From Mobula birostris (lineage: Eukaryota), in the NCBI RefSeq assembly GCF_030028105.1, contig NC_092379.1, positions 20,561,309 through 20,625,308 of the forward strand: 64,000 nt of DNA, written 5' to 3'. Shown here piece by piece: positions 23,042 through 36,644 of this stretch. The translations under genes were made by a program, and so were the position numbers. How positions within the stretch are numbered: position 1 is the stretch's first letter; each line of letters starts with the position of its first letter. The notes under the pieces were generated by a model, which searched no databases, was not told where the DNA came from, and saw only the letters and a program-made list of their open reading frames with translations.

Positions 23042-26000
23042 TCACACCTTGGAACTTATAACGTGTGACTTTGCCTCAAACTGTGTGAGACTGTATGTCT
23101 GTCTAGTCTCTGTATCTGGCTGGAAGTTTGACTTGTCTCCCAGACCGTGTCTGATACAACTGTGACTGTGCTTGTCCTTCATCAGTGTCGGTCTCTCGAG
23201 TGACCTCTGGCTTTGCGGTCTGCACCATTCTTGATGTTGTTTGTTTCCAAGTCTGTATCTGTGGAAATGTCCTGTGCATCTGTACGTGGAAACTCCCTCT
23301 CGCCTGTCTTCAGCAGATGCTTCCTGTTCCTCCTGTAGACTCTTCCATCCGGCGTGTGAACTATGAAGGATCTTGGTTGCTGATGTCTGTTCACAACCAC
23401 AGCTGGTTGCCAAGTGTCTCCTCTCTGTATTCTGACATTTTCACCTGTATGCAGACCTGGCAACTGTCTTGTATGCCTGTCATAGTAGCTCTTTTGCTTT
23501 ATTTGCTTGTACTTTTGCTTGTCATGTACTTGAACATTACCTTCAGGAGTCAGTAGAGTTGTGGATGTTGGCAGTTTGGACTTCAGACGACGTCCCGTCA
23601 ACAGCTGTGCAGGAAAGAACCCCATGCCCTCAATCGGTGTGTTGCGGTATTCAAGCAGAGCAATGTAAGGGTCACCGTTGCTGCTTTGTGCCTTCTTGAG
23701 CATGTTCTTGACAGTTTGTACAGTTCTCTCTGCTTGTCCATTAGACTGAGCGTGCCCTGGACTGGAAGCAACATGTTGAAATTCCCAGCTTTCTGGCAAC
23801 CCTCTGAACTCACCACTGGCATATTGTGGACCATTGTCACTAATGACAATATCTGGAATACCATGTCTTGCGAATGTCGACTTCATTGCGGTAATGACAC
23901 CTCGACTGGACGTGTCACTTAACTTGGTGATCTCCGGATATTTTGAATAGTAGTCCACACAAAGCAGTTCTGCACCATTGTAGTGAAAGAGATCTGTGCC
24001 AATCTTCTCCCATGGTCTTCCTGGTAGTGGGTGGGGAAGCAGAGTCTCTCTTGGATTGCTGTTTTTGTTTTCATTACAGACAGCACACTGTTCTCTATCT
24101 GAGTTGACATGCCTGGCCAATAGAGAATGTCCCTTGCTCTTTCTTTACATTTCACTATCCCCAGGTGTGACTCATGATTTCTGTTGAGCATTTCCTGTCT
24201 CATTTGGTTTGGTATGATGAGTTTTGCCGTTTTGAACATTAGTCCTGATGCATAGCTGATTTCCTCTTAAATGTCCAGTATTTCTGCATTTCCTTTGGAA
24301 TATCTTTTCTTTCTGTTGGCCATCCATTCATTGTATTTGCATCTCTTAGCATTTGCATTTCAGGATCATCTGCAGTCGCTTTCCTGAACATGTTCAACTT
24401 CTCCTCAGAGGTGGGTAGCTGAGGTGTAACCCAGTTGACCTCCAGCTCTCTTCCTAGCAACTCTTCCTTTCGCTCTTTGAGGTAAGCACAGCTCAAAGCA
24501 TCAGCGATGTACAGTTCTTTTCCTGGCTTATAGGAGACTGTGAGAGTGTACCTCTGTAGCCTGAGAAGCATCCTTTGCAGCCTCATAGGAGCTTGGTGGA
24601 GTGGCTTTTTGAAGATGCTCTCAAATGGTTTGTGATCACTCTCAACCTGGATTTCTTTGCCATATACATATTGGTGGAACTTCTCACACCCATAAACTAT
24701 GGTGAGTAATTCTTTCTCGATTTGAGCATATCGGTGTTGACAGTCTGTAAGTGCTCGTGATCCATACGCCACAGGCCTCCCATCCAGCAGTATAACAGCT
24801 CCTATTCCCTCCGAACTGGCATCCACAGACATCGTTACCGGTTTATTGACATCGTAGAACTTGAATGCTGGTGCATTGGTAACCAACTGCTTCAATGTGT
24901 CAAAACTTTTCTTTTGTTCGTCTTCCCAATGTCATTCAGTGTTGCTCTCTAGTAGCTTTTGGAGTGGAGTGCTGACCTCTGATAAGTTGGGAATGAATTT
25001 GGCAAGATACTGTATCATGCCCATGAACCTCAATAGTTCTTGCTTGTCTTTGGGTGGTGGTAGCTGTACCACAGCTCTGACCTTTTCATCATCTAGTTTT
25101 AGCCCATCAGCACTGAGTACATGACCAAGGTATTTGATCTCTGTAGTTCTGATCTTACATTTACTTTTGTTCAGTTTTAGGCTGTACTCATGTGCTCTCT
25201 CCAGGAGCTTCCTCAGTCTCTGATCATGTTCCTCAATTGTGTCACCCCATATCAGCAAATCACCAATGATGTTGACCACCCCGTCCAGGCCTTCAATCAT
25301 TTGCGCCACGGATCTCTGGAATACCTCTGATGCAGAAGAAATCCAAAAGGGTAGACGCAGGAAATGATATCTCCCTATGGGCGTGTTGAAAGTACATAAC
25401 TTGGAACTTTCTTCATCCAGCTTGATCTACCAGAAACCTTTATTTGCGTCTAATACTGAAAAGTATTTCGCATTAGGCATGCAGGAGAGAACCTCTTCAA
25501 CCGTGGGCAGCGGATAGTGCTCTCTTTTGATGGCTTGGTTGAGTTCTTGTGGATCCATGCAAATCCTCCTCTTTTTTTCTGTGAGCACTGTCGCCATACT
25601 ATTCACCCAGTCGGACGGTTCTATTTGTCTTGTTATGACTCCCATCTGTTCCATTCTATGTAGCTCCTCCACTACTTGATCCCTGAGAGTGACTGGAATC
25701 TTTCTTAGGGCATGCACGACTGGTGAAATAGTTGGATCAATCTGGATATGGTGTTTCCCCGGTAAACATCCTAATCCAGAAAACAAGTCATCAAGGTCTT
25801 TGAGAATGTCATTTTCTTTTTCAACACCATAGATTTGCTTCACCGGTCCTAGCTTTGTGCATGTTGCTTTGCCCAATATTGCTGGAACATGTTGCTGTAC
25901 TATTTCAAACTCGATCTTGTGTTTTTGTCCTTTGTGCACACAGGTGAATGCTTTTTTGCCCAATGGCGCCGCCTTGTGGCCAAAGTATGCAACAAGCTTG

Positions 26001-26991
26001 CAGGTGGATTTTCTCAGTCTTCCTCTGACGTCCAGTGAGTTGAATGTTTCTGCTGACATTACATTGCACTTTGCCCCAGTGTCAAGCTTAAATGTCACAT
26101 TCCTCCTGTTCATTATCAGATCTTGAGTCCAATCATCTTCATTCTCCATCTCTGCATTGTCAGTATTCTTGATGCATACCTCCTGTTCCACTTCAACTGT
26201 GCCAATGAACCTGTCACTGTTGCCCTCACTCTGTTCCACAGCATGCATTTTTCTTGCACGCTCCTTCGATTTGCACATCTTTGCAAAGTGATTTCTCTTC
26301 TGGCATAACTTGCATGTCTGACCAAAGGCTGGACATTTTCTGTATCCATGTTTATAACCACATCTGTTGCAGTTAACTTCCTTTTGATCATCCTGTGGAG
26401 CTGATTTTGTCCTACTCTTGTCAATTTTCACGGTTTTTATTTTGTGCACTTCAATCTCTTCACTGAGCACTTTAACCTGACTTGACGTGCTCTCGCTGGC
26501 ACGGCAAACATCAATTGCCTTTTCTAATGTAAGATCCCTCTCTCTCAATAGCCTGCCTCTCACTTGATCATCTAGTATGCCGCATACAATCCTGTCACGT
26601 ATTAAAGAGTCATGCAGTTTTCCAAACTCACAGTCTTTTGCCTTGTTCTTCAAATCTGTTACATAGGCCTCTATGGTCACTATTGGTCCTTGAGCCCTCG
26701 TGAAAAACATGTGTCGGATGTATGGTAGGTTTTTTCTCGGTTCGCAGTAATCTTGAAAGTTTTTCTTCAACACTTAAATTTTATTCTGCTCATCATCTTG
26801 GAAGGCAAACGTGTTGCAAACCTTCATTGCCTCTTCCCCCGCCACATGCAGAAACGTAGCACATTGCACTTTCTCCGTCTTTTCAGCTACGCCACTAGTG
26901 GTGCAAAACAGCTCAAACTTATCCAAATTTTCCAGTTCTCAGCAAGATGACCTTGTAGGCTTAAACCTGACGGTGGCTGTAACTGTGACAT
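23042..26991 (-). pseudogene. Gypsy gag-pol with frameshifts
   Basis: MSQLQPPSGL start; zinc knuckle CKLCQKRNHFAKMC; protease KLDTGA; RT (ICMDPQELN, LDANKGFW, YLGH); RNase H (VDAS, YAQIEKE); integrase (GTDLF, SDNGPQ, NGQAER). Confidence 0.88.
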
Positions 26992-27026
26992 CTTTTATGT
27001 GTCTTCTCTTCTTTTTTTCGCGATTT

Positions 27027-27173
27027 CTTCTGACACCATGTAATATTGATGTTACTCAGACACTGCTGTAGATTGAACAACCACGTTTATTCAACAGTCT
27101 TCCATTTTTTACTTCTCTACGTCCTGATGTCATACACACTCTGACGCTACAAATACTCACACAATACATTACA
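27027..27173 (-). repeat. 5' LTR (27039-27173) plus primer-binding site (27027-27038)
   Basis: Minus strand reads TGGTGTCAGAAG directly after the LTR, complementary to a tRNA 3' end (...CTTCTGACACCA). Assignment to tRNA-Leu is from recollection. Confidence 0.85.
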
Positions 27174-30100
27174 ATTTACATCTTTCTTGCAGGTAAGAGA
27201 CTAAAACTGAACAGGTAAAGATTTTTACTCCTCATGTATATAAAGGATGTAAGTAATAAAGTCAATTCAGTTCAATTCACATTAGGCCTGATAAATGTCT
27301 TGTTCAACTTTAACATAACATCCCATCTCCTGTACTCAGTACTTTGATTTATGAAGGCCAATGTGCCAAAAGATTTCTTTATGATCCTATCTACCTGTGC
27401 ATCTATTTTAAATTAATTATGGACCTCTATTCCCAGATCCCTTTGTTCTGCTGCACTCCTCAGTGTCCTATCGTTCATTTTGTAAGACCCATCTTAGCTG
27501 GTTCTACCAAAGTGCAACACCTCGCACTTGTCTGCATTAGATTCCATCAGCCATTTTTCAGACTAGTTTACCAACTGATCCAGATCCCTCTAGAAGCTCT
27601 GATAGTCTTTCTTGCTGTCCACAACACCCACAACTTTGATGTCAATTGCAAATTTGCTGATCCAGTTAACTAAGTTATCATCCAGATCATTGATACAGAT
27701 GACAATGGACCCAGCACTGATTCATGCGAAACTCCACTCATCACAGGCCTGGAGTCAGAGAGGCAACCATCTACTACCACCCTCTGGCTTCTCCCACAAA
27801 GCCAATGTCCAATCCAATTTGCTGCCTCATCTTAAATGCCATGCTGCTGAAACTTCCTGATGACCCTCCCATTTGGGACTTTGTCAAATGCCTTGCTAAG
27901 GTCCATGTAGATAACATCCACTGCCTTGCCTTCATCAACTTTCCTCATACCTGCCTCAATAACCTCCATAAGATTGGTTAGACGTGCTCCACACACACAA
28001 AGCTATGCTGACCATCCTTCATCAGTCCATGTCTATCCAAATACACATATATCTGGTCCCTTAGAATATCTTCCAATAGCCTTCCCACTACAGACGTCAG
28101 GCTCACTGGCCTATAATTTCCTGGTTTATTTTTACAGCCTTTTTAAAACTATGGAACGTCAGCTATCCTGCGATTCTCCAGTATCTCACCTGGCGCTAAA
28201 GATGTTTTAAATATTTCTGCTACCCCCCCGCCCCCCCGCATAATCCTTAATTTGCTTAAAGACAATAAACAACTCCTCCTCTGTAATCTGTAAAGAGTCT
28301 ATGTTCTTAATTCTGCTTTGCCTAATTTCTGTAGACTATCTGTCCATCTCCCAAATAAATACAGATACAAAAATCTATTGATGATCTCGCCATCCCTCTT
28401 GGCACCACACACAGATTTCCAAGCTGATCTTCCAGAGAACCAATTTTGTTCCTAGCAATCATTGTGCTCTTAACATATCTGTAGAGTCCCTTGGGATTCT
28501 CCTTCACCTTGTCTGCTTGTCCATTCTTTTAGCCCTTCTTATTTCTTTCTAAGGTGTTTTCTTGCATTTCTTATACTCCATCAGTACCTCATTTGTCCCA
28601 ACCTGCCCATACCTGCTGTGCACTTCCTTGTACTTCTTAACCAGGGCCTCAATATCTCAAGAAGACCAAGGTTCCCTAAACCTGTCATCCTTGCCATTTA
28701 TTCTGACAGGCACATACAAGCAAAGTGCTCTCAAAATTTGACTTTTGAAGGCAGTCTGTCCCAATTCACGCTTACCAGATCCTTTCTGATACCATCATAT
28801 TGGCCTTTCTCCAATTTAGAATCTGAACCTTGGAACCAGACCTATGTTTTTCCAAATTTATTTTGAAACTAATTGCATTATGATCAGTAGATGCAAAATG
28901 TTCCCATAAACAATCTTCTGTCACCTGCCCTGTCTCATTCCTGAAAAAAGAAATCAAGAATTGCACACACTCTGTTGGGATTTCTATGTACTGATTAAGG
29001 AAACTTTCTTGAATATTTGACAAACTCCATCCCTTTTGTAGTATGGGAGTCCAAGTCAATTTGCAGAAAGTTGAAATCACCTACTATCACAACCTTATGT
29101 TTCTTGCAATAGTCTGTGATCTCCCGACAATTTGTACCTCTAAATCCTGCAGGGTGGTCTATAATATAGCCCCATTAACATGGCCATAGCTTTCTCATTC
29201 CTCACTTCCACCTGTAAAGCCTCACAAGAGGAGTTCTCCGGTCTCTCTTGACTGAACACTGCCATGACACTTTCACTGATGTGTAACGCCACACCTTCCC
29301 CTTCAATCCCTCCCGCTCTGTTGTGTCTAAAACAACAAAACCCCAGAGCATTGAGCGGCCAGTCCTGCATCTCCTGCAACCAAGTCTCACAAACAGCTAC
29401 AATATCATAATTCCATGTGTTTAACTCTGCCCCAAGCTCATCTACCTTTCCAACAATAATACTTGCTTTGAAATATACACAGCTCAGAACATTACTCACA
29501 CCATGCTCAACTTTTTGATTCTTGACTTTGTCTAATGTCTTAACATCTGTCTCCACAACGTCTCCACGGTGTGTTCTGACACTCTGGTTCCCATTCCCTG
29601 CAACTCCAGTTTAACCGGCATCCCCCGCCACCCCCACCATGCAGCACAAGCAAACCTTCCCACTAGGATATTAGTTCCCCTCCAGGACTAATGCAAACCA
29701 CCTGCCCTGACAGACAGGTGTTTAACTGCGCCATTGCAACAGAACAGTTCCCAACAATGAGACTTTTCATTTAGTTAGTGACACACAGGCACCAGATGAG
29801 GAGCAGCAATGTTAGTGGGGACAAGGAGCCCTCAAACAGTGATCCGACATCTTTGACACTGACATGATGTTTGGTCGGTGGTTTCAACACTTGACCCTTT
29901 GTCAGATGGCCGTGGGTCCTAATTTCTCTGACCGTTAGTTGACAGCTGATCAGTAGGACACCCAATGCAGGAAGGGTTTAGACACCAGAGATACAAAGAC
30001 ACCTATTTCTCCCTGAGTGTGTCACCTACCACGCCTCATGTTGAAAGTTCCTTATTTCCCATCTCCAAAAATCACAACCAAGACATTTTCATCTCATATT

Positions 30101-30400
30101 TATTGAACTTGGATCGGTACATTGACAGATACAAAGATTTTATACATTGTGCAGTTCCACACAGGGTTGAAATCCATTCAAACATGGCAGAAGGTGGTCT
30201 GAGAAAGCACACACAAACTCAAAGAGATTTGTGATGAATCATGTTTGTAGTTTAATTTGGTTCTTAATCTTAATTTCATTCTTAATTATTTTAAAAGGTC
30301 CAGATTTTAATCATGTTTCAATCAGCTAAATAATCCTCTGTGATAATTAATAACCATATAACTAACAAAACTAGGGTTTCATGGATTGAATCACACAGTA

Positions 30401-30786
30401 TTACACACAAGATTTAAAACTATCAGTCAGAACGAGTGAGACATTGACCAGAGTGGGTTTGCTGTGAGATTTATTGATGCTTCGGAACAGGTTGGTTGGG
30501 AGCGACTCATGACCCACCACACAGGAGAAAGTGGTGCCGCTATTCCACTCCTCAGGAGAAATCTTCAGCTGACTGGTCATTGTGTTCCAGCCTTTTCTGG
30601 GGTCCTTGGTCACTGGCTGGTTCACAAACCCTGTCTTCAGAAGGGTGTCATTGGCCATCCAGGCCACATAGATCTCTGCGGGAGAGAACTTGGTGATCAG
30701 ACACGTCAAGGTCACAGTCTGATCGGTGTCTACCTCATCCAATGAAGGGGGGAGGAGGTAGACATGAGGTTGAGTCACAACAGTAT
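30401..30786 (-). CDS. IgW: IgW terminal constant exon CH6 with secretory tailpiece
   Basis: Acceptor CTGTTCCAG|AT; PHVYLLPPS, TLTCLI..FSP, VAW, EEWNSGTTFSCVVGHESLP; tail KPTLVNVSLVLTDSFKSCV* with an NVS glycosylation site and penultimate Cys. Confidence 0.95.
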
Positions 30787-31269
30787 CTGGAACAGAGAGA
30801 ATCTCAGTTAGAATGAATCTTCCAGTAATTCCCTACTTACCCGACACATTCTGGTCTTGCACCAACATGAACAATTTCTAAATTTGAGAGGCTTCACTTG
30901 ATCTGAAACTGAAGGCTTTTCCCTTTCTGCTCATCGTTGGGATTTGTGGAGTGGAAATCTTGGACCTGCTGCATTTTACAGCTTCCAGTGAGGTTAGTCT
31001 ATTCAGTTTAATCAATGGGAGTTGCTGAACACAGCAACTGAACAGAAAGTGGAATTCAGCCCCTGGACTTGCATCATCCCGTGCTGTTTGTTCCATCTCC
31101 CCTGGAGCAGGGGTGGTAGTCTAAGCTGTGTACGTGTGAGAGGGAGTGAGAACCTGTGGAACTCTCTCCCACAGAAAGCAGTTGAGACATTATCTAATAT
31201 ATTCAATAATGGGTTGTATATACTTCTTCGGGTGAAAGGGTCAAAGGACATCTGGAGAAAACAGGAGCA

Positions 31270-34200
31270 GAGATTGAATTTGGATGATTAAAAGAATGAG
31301 GTGGATGATAAATGTGTGGCTGAGGGATTGGAGGAATGAGCAGGGATTCAGATTTCTGGATTATTGGGACCTCTTTTGGGACAGGTGTGACCTGTACAAA
31401 AAGGACAGGTTGCATTTGAATCCAAGGTGGACCAATATCCTGGCAGGGAGGTTTGCTTCTGCTGCAGTATTGGGGAGAGTTTAAACTAGAATTGCTGGTG
31501 GGTGGGAACTGAACTGAAGAAATGGAGGAAGAGGCGGTTGGCTCACAAATAGAGAAAGTTTGTAGACAGTGCGAGATGGAAGGATAGGCAGGTGATAGAG
31601 AAGGGACACACTCAGACTGATGGTTTGAGATGTGTCTATTTTAATGCAAGAAGCAGCATGAACAAAGAGGATGAGCTTAGAGCGTGGATCTGTACTTGGA
31701 GCCATGACCTTACAGAGACTTGGATGGCTCAGGGGCAGGAATGGTTACTTTGAGTGCCAGGCTATAGATGTTTCATAAAGGCCCGGGAGGGAGGAAAAAG
31801 GGTGGGGGTATGGCACTGCTGATCAGAGATAGTGTCATGGCTGCAGAAAAGGAGGAAGTTATGGAGAGATTGTTTGCGGAGTCTCTGTGGGTGGAAGTTA
31901 GGAACAGGAATGGGTCAATAACTCCACTGGGTGTTTTTTTATGGACCAGCCAATGGTAACAGGGACATCGAGGAGCAGATAGGGAGACAGTTTCTGGAAA
32001 AGTGTAATAATAACAGAGTTGTCGTGGTGGGAGATTTTAACTTCCCAAATATTGATTGGCATCTGTCTTGAGCAAGGGGTTTAGATGGTGTGGAGTTTGT
32101 TCGGTGTGCTCAGGAAGGTTTCTTGACACAATATGTAGATAAGCCTACAATTGGCGAGGCTGTACGATCTAGTATTGGGAAATTAACCTGGTCAAATGTC
32201 AGATCTATCAGTGGGAGAGCATTTTGGAGATAGTGATCACAGTTCTATCTCTTTTACCACAGCATTGGAGAGGGATAGGAACAGACAAGTCGGAAAGTGT
32301 TTAGTTGGAGTAAGGGGAAATATGATGCTATCAGGCAGAACTTGGAAGCATAAATTGGGAACAGATGTTCTCAGGGAAATGTACAGCAGAAATCCAGCAT
32401 ATGTTCAGGGGATACTTGTGTGCAGTTCTGCATAGGGTACGTTCCAATGAGACAGGGAATGGATGGTAGTTATCAGAACCATGGTGTGTAAAGGCTGTTG
32501 TCAGTCTAGTCAAGAAGAAAAGAAAAGCTTATGAAAGGTTTAAAAAACCATGTAATGATAGGGCTGGCGGGAAGGAGCTTAAGAATGAAATTAGGAGAGC
32601 CAGAGCCAGAAGGGGCAATGAGAAGCCCTTGGCAGATAGGATTGATGAAAACCCCAAGGCATTTGACAAGTATGTGAAGAGCAAGAGGATAAGACTTGAG
32701 AGAATAGGACCAATCAACTGTGACAGGTGAAAAGTGTGTATGGAAACGGAGGAGATGGCAGAGGTACTTAATGAGTGGTTTGCTTCAGTGTTCACTATGG
32801 AAAAGGATCTTGGCAATTCTGGGGATGATTTACAGTGGACTGAGAAAATTGAGCATATAGATATTAAGGAAGAGGATGTGCTGGAGCTTTTGGAATGCAT
32901 CAAGTTGGATAAGTCACCGGGACCAGACGAGATGTACCCTAGTCAACTGTGGGAGGCGGAGGAGGGGATTGCTGAGCCTCTGGCGATGATCTTTGCATCA
33001 TCAATGGGGACAGGGAGGTTCCGGAGGATTGGAGGGTTGCGGATGTTGTTCCCTTATTCAAGAAAGGGGGTAGAGATAGCCCAGGATAGTATAAACCAGT
33101 GAGTCTTTCTTCAGTGGTTGGTAAGTTGATGGAAAAGGTCCTGAGAGGCAGGATCTATGAACACTTGGTGAGGCAGAACATGATTAGAAATAGTCAGTAC
33201 GGCTTTGTCAAAGGCAGATCAGGCCTTACGAGCCTGATTGAATTTTTTGAGGATGTGACAAAACACATTGATGAGGGTAGAGTAGTAGATGTAGTGTATG
33301 TGGATTTCAGCAAGGCATTTGATAAGGTACCCCATGCAAGGCTTATTGAGAAAGAATCATGGGATCCAAGGGCACATTGCCTTGTGGATCCAGATTTGGC
33401 TTGCTCAGAGAAGGCAAAGAGTGGTTGAAGATTGGCCATATTCTGCATGGAGGTCAGTGACCAGTGGTGTGCCTCAGGCATCTGTCCTGGGACCCTTACT
33501 CTTTGTGGTTTTAGAAATGACCTGGATGAGGAAGTGGAGGGATGGGTTAGTAAATTTGCTGATGACACAAAGGTTGGGGGTGTTGTGGATACTGTGGAGG
33601 GCTGTCAGAGATTACAGTGGGATATCGATAGGATGTAAAACTAGGCTGAAAAGTGGCAGATGAAGTTCAACCCCGATAAGTGTGAGGTGGTTCATTTTGG
33701 TAGGTCAAGTATGATGACAGAATATATTATTAATGGTAAGACTCTTGGCAGTGTGGAGGATCAGAGGGATCTTGGGGTCCGAGTCCACAGGACACTCTAA
33801 GCTGCTAGGCAGGTTGACTCTGTGGTTAAGAAGGCATATAGTGCATTGGCCTTCATCAATCATGTGATTGAGCTTAGAATCCGAGAGTTAATGTTACAGC
33901 TCTATAGGACCCTAGTCAGACCCCAATTCTGTCAGTTCTGGTCGCCTCATGACAGGAAGAATGTGGAAACTACAGAAAGGGTGCAGAGCATTTACAAGGA
34001 TGTTGCCTGGATTGGGGAGCATGCCTTATAAGAATAGGTTGAGTGAACTGGGCCTTTTCACCTGGAGCGGCGGAGGATGACAGCTGTTCTGATAGAGGTG
34101 TATAATATAATGAGAGGCATTGATCATATAGATAGTCAGAGGTTTTTTCCCAGGGCTGAAATGGCTAATACAAGACGGCACAGTTTTAAGGTGCTTGAAG

Positions 34201-34453
34201 TAGGTACAGAGGAGATGTCAGGGGTAAGTTTTTTTTACGCAGAGCGTGCTGAGTGCGTGGAATGAGCTGCTGGCGACGGTGGTGGAGGCTGAAACGATAG
34301 GGTCATTTAAGAAACTCCTGGACAGGTAGATGGAGCTCAGAAAAATAGAGAGCTATGGGTAACCCTAGGTAATTTCTATAGTAAGGACATGTTTGGCACA
34401 GCTTTGTGGGCAGAAGGGCCTGTATTGTGCTGTAGGCTTTCTATGTTTCTATG
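31270..34453 (+). mobile_element. CR1 LINE from ORF1 end to 3' tail, degraded
   Basis: GFRFLDYWDLFW..LYKKDRLHLN; YFNARS; KSPGPDEMYP; YVDFSKAFDKVPH; KFADDTK; ttctatgtttctatg tail. Confidence 0.88.
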
Positions 34454-34605
34454 ATCAGCCAAAACCAGACTGAATGGTTGAGCAGATCAAGAGACCCAGT
34501 GACCTGCTCCTGTTCTCATTTTCTATAGTCTATCACAGTGCTGGATAGTGATAAATCTGTCCAATTTCTAAGATCAGACTCACACTGAATTCTGTCCACA
34601 CATAC

Positions 34606-34926
34606 CTGTGTCCTTCCTGATGGATTTCTTCACTGGTGTTGGCAAACTCTTGTCCTCTATCACACACGAGTACTCAACCCCACTGTTCCACTCTGCAGCA
34701 GGGACTGTCAGACTGCTGTTGATCATGAATTCACCTCCGTTGCTGTCTGGACCCAGAGTCCTCACCCCATCTTCCCTCTTCCTTCCGTCCACTTGCCAGG
34801 TTACACTGAACCCCTGTAAATCACTGTGAACCACCTCACACAGAATGGTCGCTGTCCTCTTTGTCCAGATCTCTTCAAAGGAAGGTTTCCTTAAAGTGAC
34901 TGAGGGATTGGTATCTGGACAGTCGT
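34606..34926 (-). CDS. IgW: IgW CH5 exon
   Basis: 321 nt, open, TTCTCCCAG|AC ... ACAG|GTATGT; DDCPDTNPSVTLRKPSFEEIWTKRTATILC...TW...AEWNSGVEYSC. Confidence 0.93.
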
Positions 34927-35709
34927 CTGGGAGAAATGTCACAATTATTATTTCACCATTCCCTTATGAACGAATTTCTCACTGACAAGACCAACATTTC
35001 CTGTTCATCACTGGTCAATGATTTGCCAGTCCCATCAAAATGAGATAAGACCAACCACCTTTGATGAAGAAAAGAATCTCCCCTATTGAGTAGACAGTGT
35101 AAACACCCTGAGAGAACATAAGTGAACAAGATTGGCCATTACATTGTTTTTGCAGTTTCATGGACACTTAAACTGTTACCAGCCACTTATTAAAGCAATA
35201 CAGAAAATCCCCAGTATTTCAGAGTGTGTCTGTGGAACAGGAAACAGAGCAAAGTTTCACGTGAAATATTTCAGAAAATACACTTCATATTTCAAAATGT
35301 AAGTAGCAGAAACATTTAGTTTTTTATCATAAATGCTTAAAAGTACCTTTATTCTCTATTGGGTGTAACTAGACTTGGCTGCAGCTTTGTCAAAATGTTG
35401 TGTGTTCAATCCACACTCCGGAGGGCTGTACACATTGTCCAGGCTGACTATTCCCACACAACAGCAGAGGGAGAGCTGCTCTGCTGGAAATACAGTCACA
35501 ACTGAGGCACTAATCAGAGGCTAGGATTATGTTCAAAGGGAGAGGGAAGGAGCATTTTGAAGACAAGTATCAGGGATTTCCAGAGTGCCTCCTCAAGTTA
35601 TGAAAGCATTTTCTGAGATACAATTATTTATATGGTGAAACTTCGGGATTATGTCGGTTGAGAACAGAGAACAAACCGATGATTAGTTGGGCAAGATTCC
35701 AAAGATTAA

Positions 35710-36126
35710 GACGTTGAGGCTGAGTCAATGGACAAACCGGTATTCAGCTCACTTCTCGATGAGGCTTCACTCGCCTCAGCACTGAACTGACTCTGCAGCT
35801 GCGGCCTGCAGCCATCGGCACTCACCTCAGCACTGAGCCTGGCTCCATGGCCGTGGCCTGCAGCCATCGGTCTCCTGGACCGGTTGCAGTGCTGAACTGG
35901 CAACGTGGCTGTGGATTTACTTCAGGGGGCTCTGCGGTTCAGTTTCTGTGGATTGTTTGAATTTTTTTATTGTTTGCACAACTTTTTCTTTCTTTTTCAC
36001 ACATTGGATGTTTGACTCTGAACTCTATTGTGTTTCTTTGTTTTGTGGCTGCCTGCAAGAAGAGAATCTCAAGGTTGTATATTGTGCACATCCTTTGATA
36101 ATAAATGTACTTTGTACTTTGAACTT
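35710..36126 (+). mobile_element. Short element ending in a LINE-type 3' tail
   Basis: Ends aatctcaaggttgtatattg...gataataaatgtactttgtactttgaacttt; the same tail occurs at about 44670-44735. Confidence 0.55.
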
Positions 36127-36238
36127 TATCAGTTCACTCACATAACTAAACCAAGACTGCACCATGATTCAGTGTTGACCTTGAATTCATAGCACAATGT
36201 AAACAATTTCAGTAATGGGGTGAGTCTCAGGACCCTAC

Positions 36239-36556
36239 CTGGGACGTTCTTCACTTGCTTCTTGATACGGGTGTTGGAGGGGGGATGAGTCACTGTACAG
36301 CTGAAGACTGATTCTGTCTTCCACTCCTGTAAACTCACGGTCAGGAAGTGTCTGGCACTGAAAGTCCACCCCTGCTCCAGAGCGGTCGGTGTCGCGCTGG
36401 TGTTGGAGGTGATTATGGTGCTGCCTTTCTCCCAGGTGACATTTATTTGGTCCGGGTAGAATCCAGAGACCACACACTCCAGTGTGGCTGTTTTCCTATT
36501 CTTGGTCTCTTCCTGAGGCGGAGGCAGCAGTCTGACCTTGGGACTTCTTATCTCAA
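36239..36556 (-). CDS. IgW: IgW CH4 exon
   Basis: 318 nt, open, TTCCAG|TT ... CCAG|GTAGGG; PKVRLLPPP, TLECVVSGFYP, TWEKG, FSCTVTHPPS. Confidence 0.94.
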
Positions 36557-36644
36557 CTGGAATAGAAAAGGAAACAAAGGAAATGTCAAACATTTTGACT
36601 CAGGTAACTAATGCTGGCCATTTAATCACTGGTCTCTTGCCCAC

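Larger units (their letters stand above)
22703..27173 (-). mobile_element. Ty3/Gypsy LTR retrotransposon, structurally complete
   Basis: Two 135-bp TG...CA LTRs, PBS, PPT, and a 5-bp TSD with one mismatch (TTTTA at 22698-22702, ATTTA at 27174-27178). Domain order gag-PR-RT-RH-IN. Confidence 0.93.
22230..29640 (-). mobile_element. CR1 LINE (host of the Gypsy element), internally deleted
   Basis: 3' part at about 22230-22702; RT, linker and endonuclease pieces at 27174-29640 (KENPKGLYRYVKS; VAVCETWLQE). The host sequence reads through when the Gypsy element is removed. Confidence 0.75.

Noticed and set aside
34953-35107. Possible alternative terminal exon after CH4 (TTCTCTCAG|GG; GCLHCLLNRG...FIREW*)
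   Set aside because: Good acceptor and 50 open codons, but no C-terminal Cys or tailpiece pattern and no poly(A) signal before the CH5 acceptor 27 nt later; compatible with chance.
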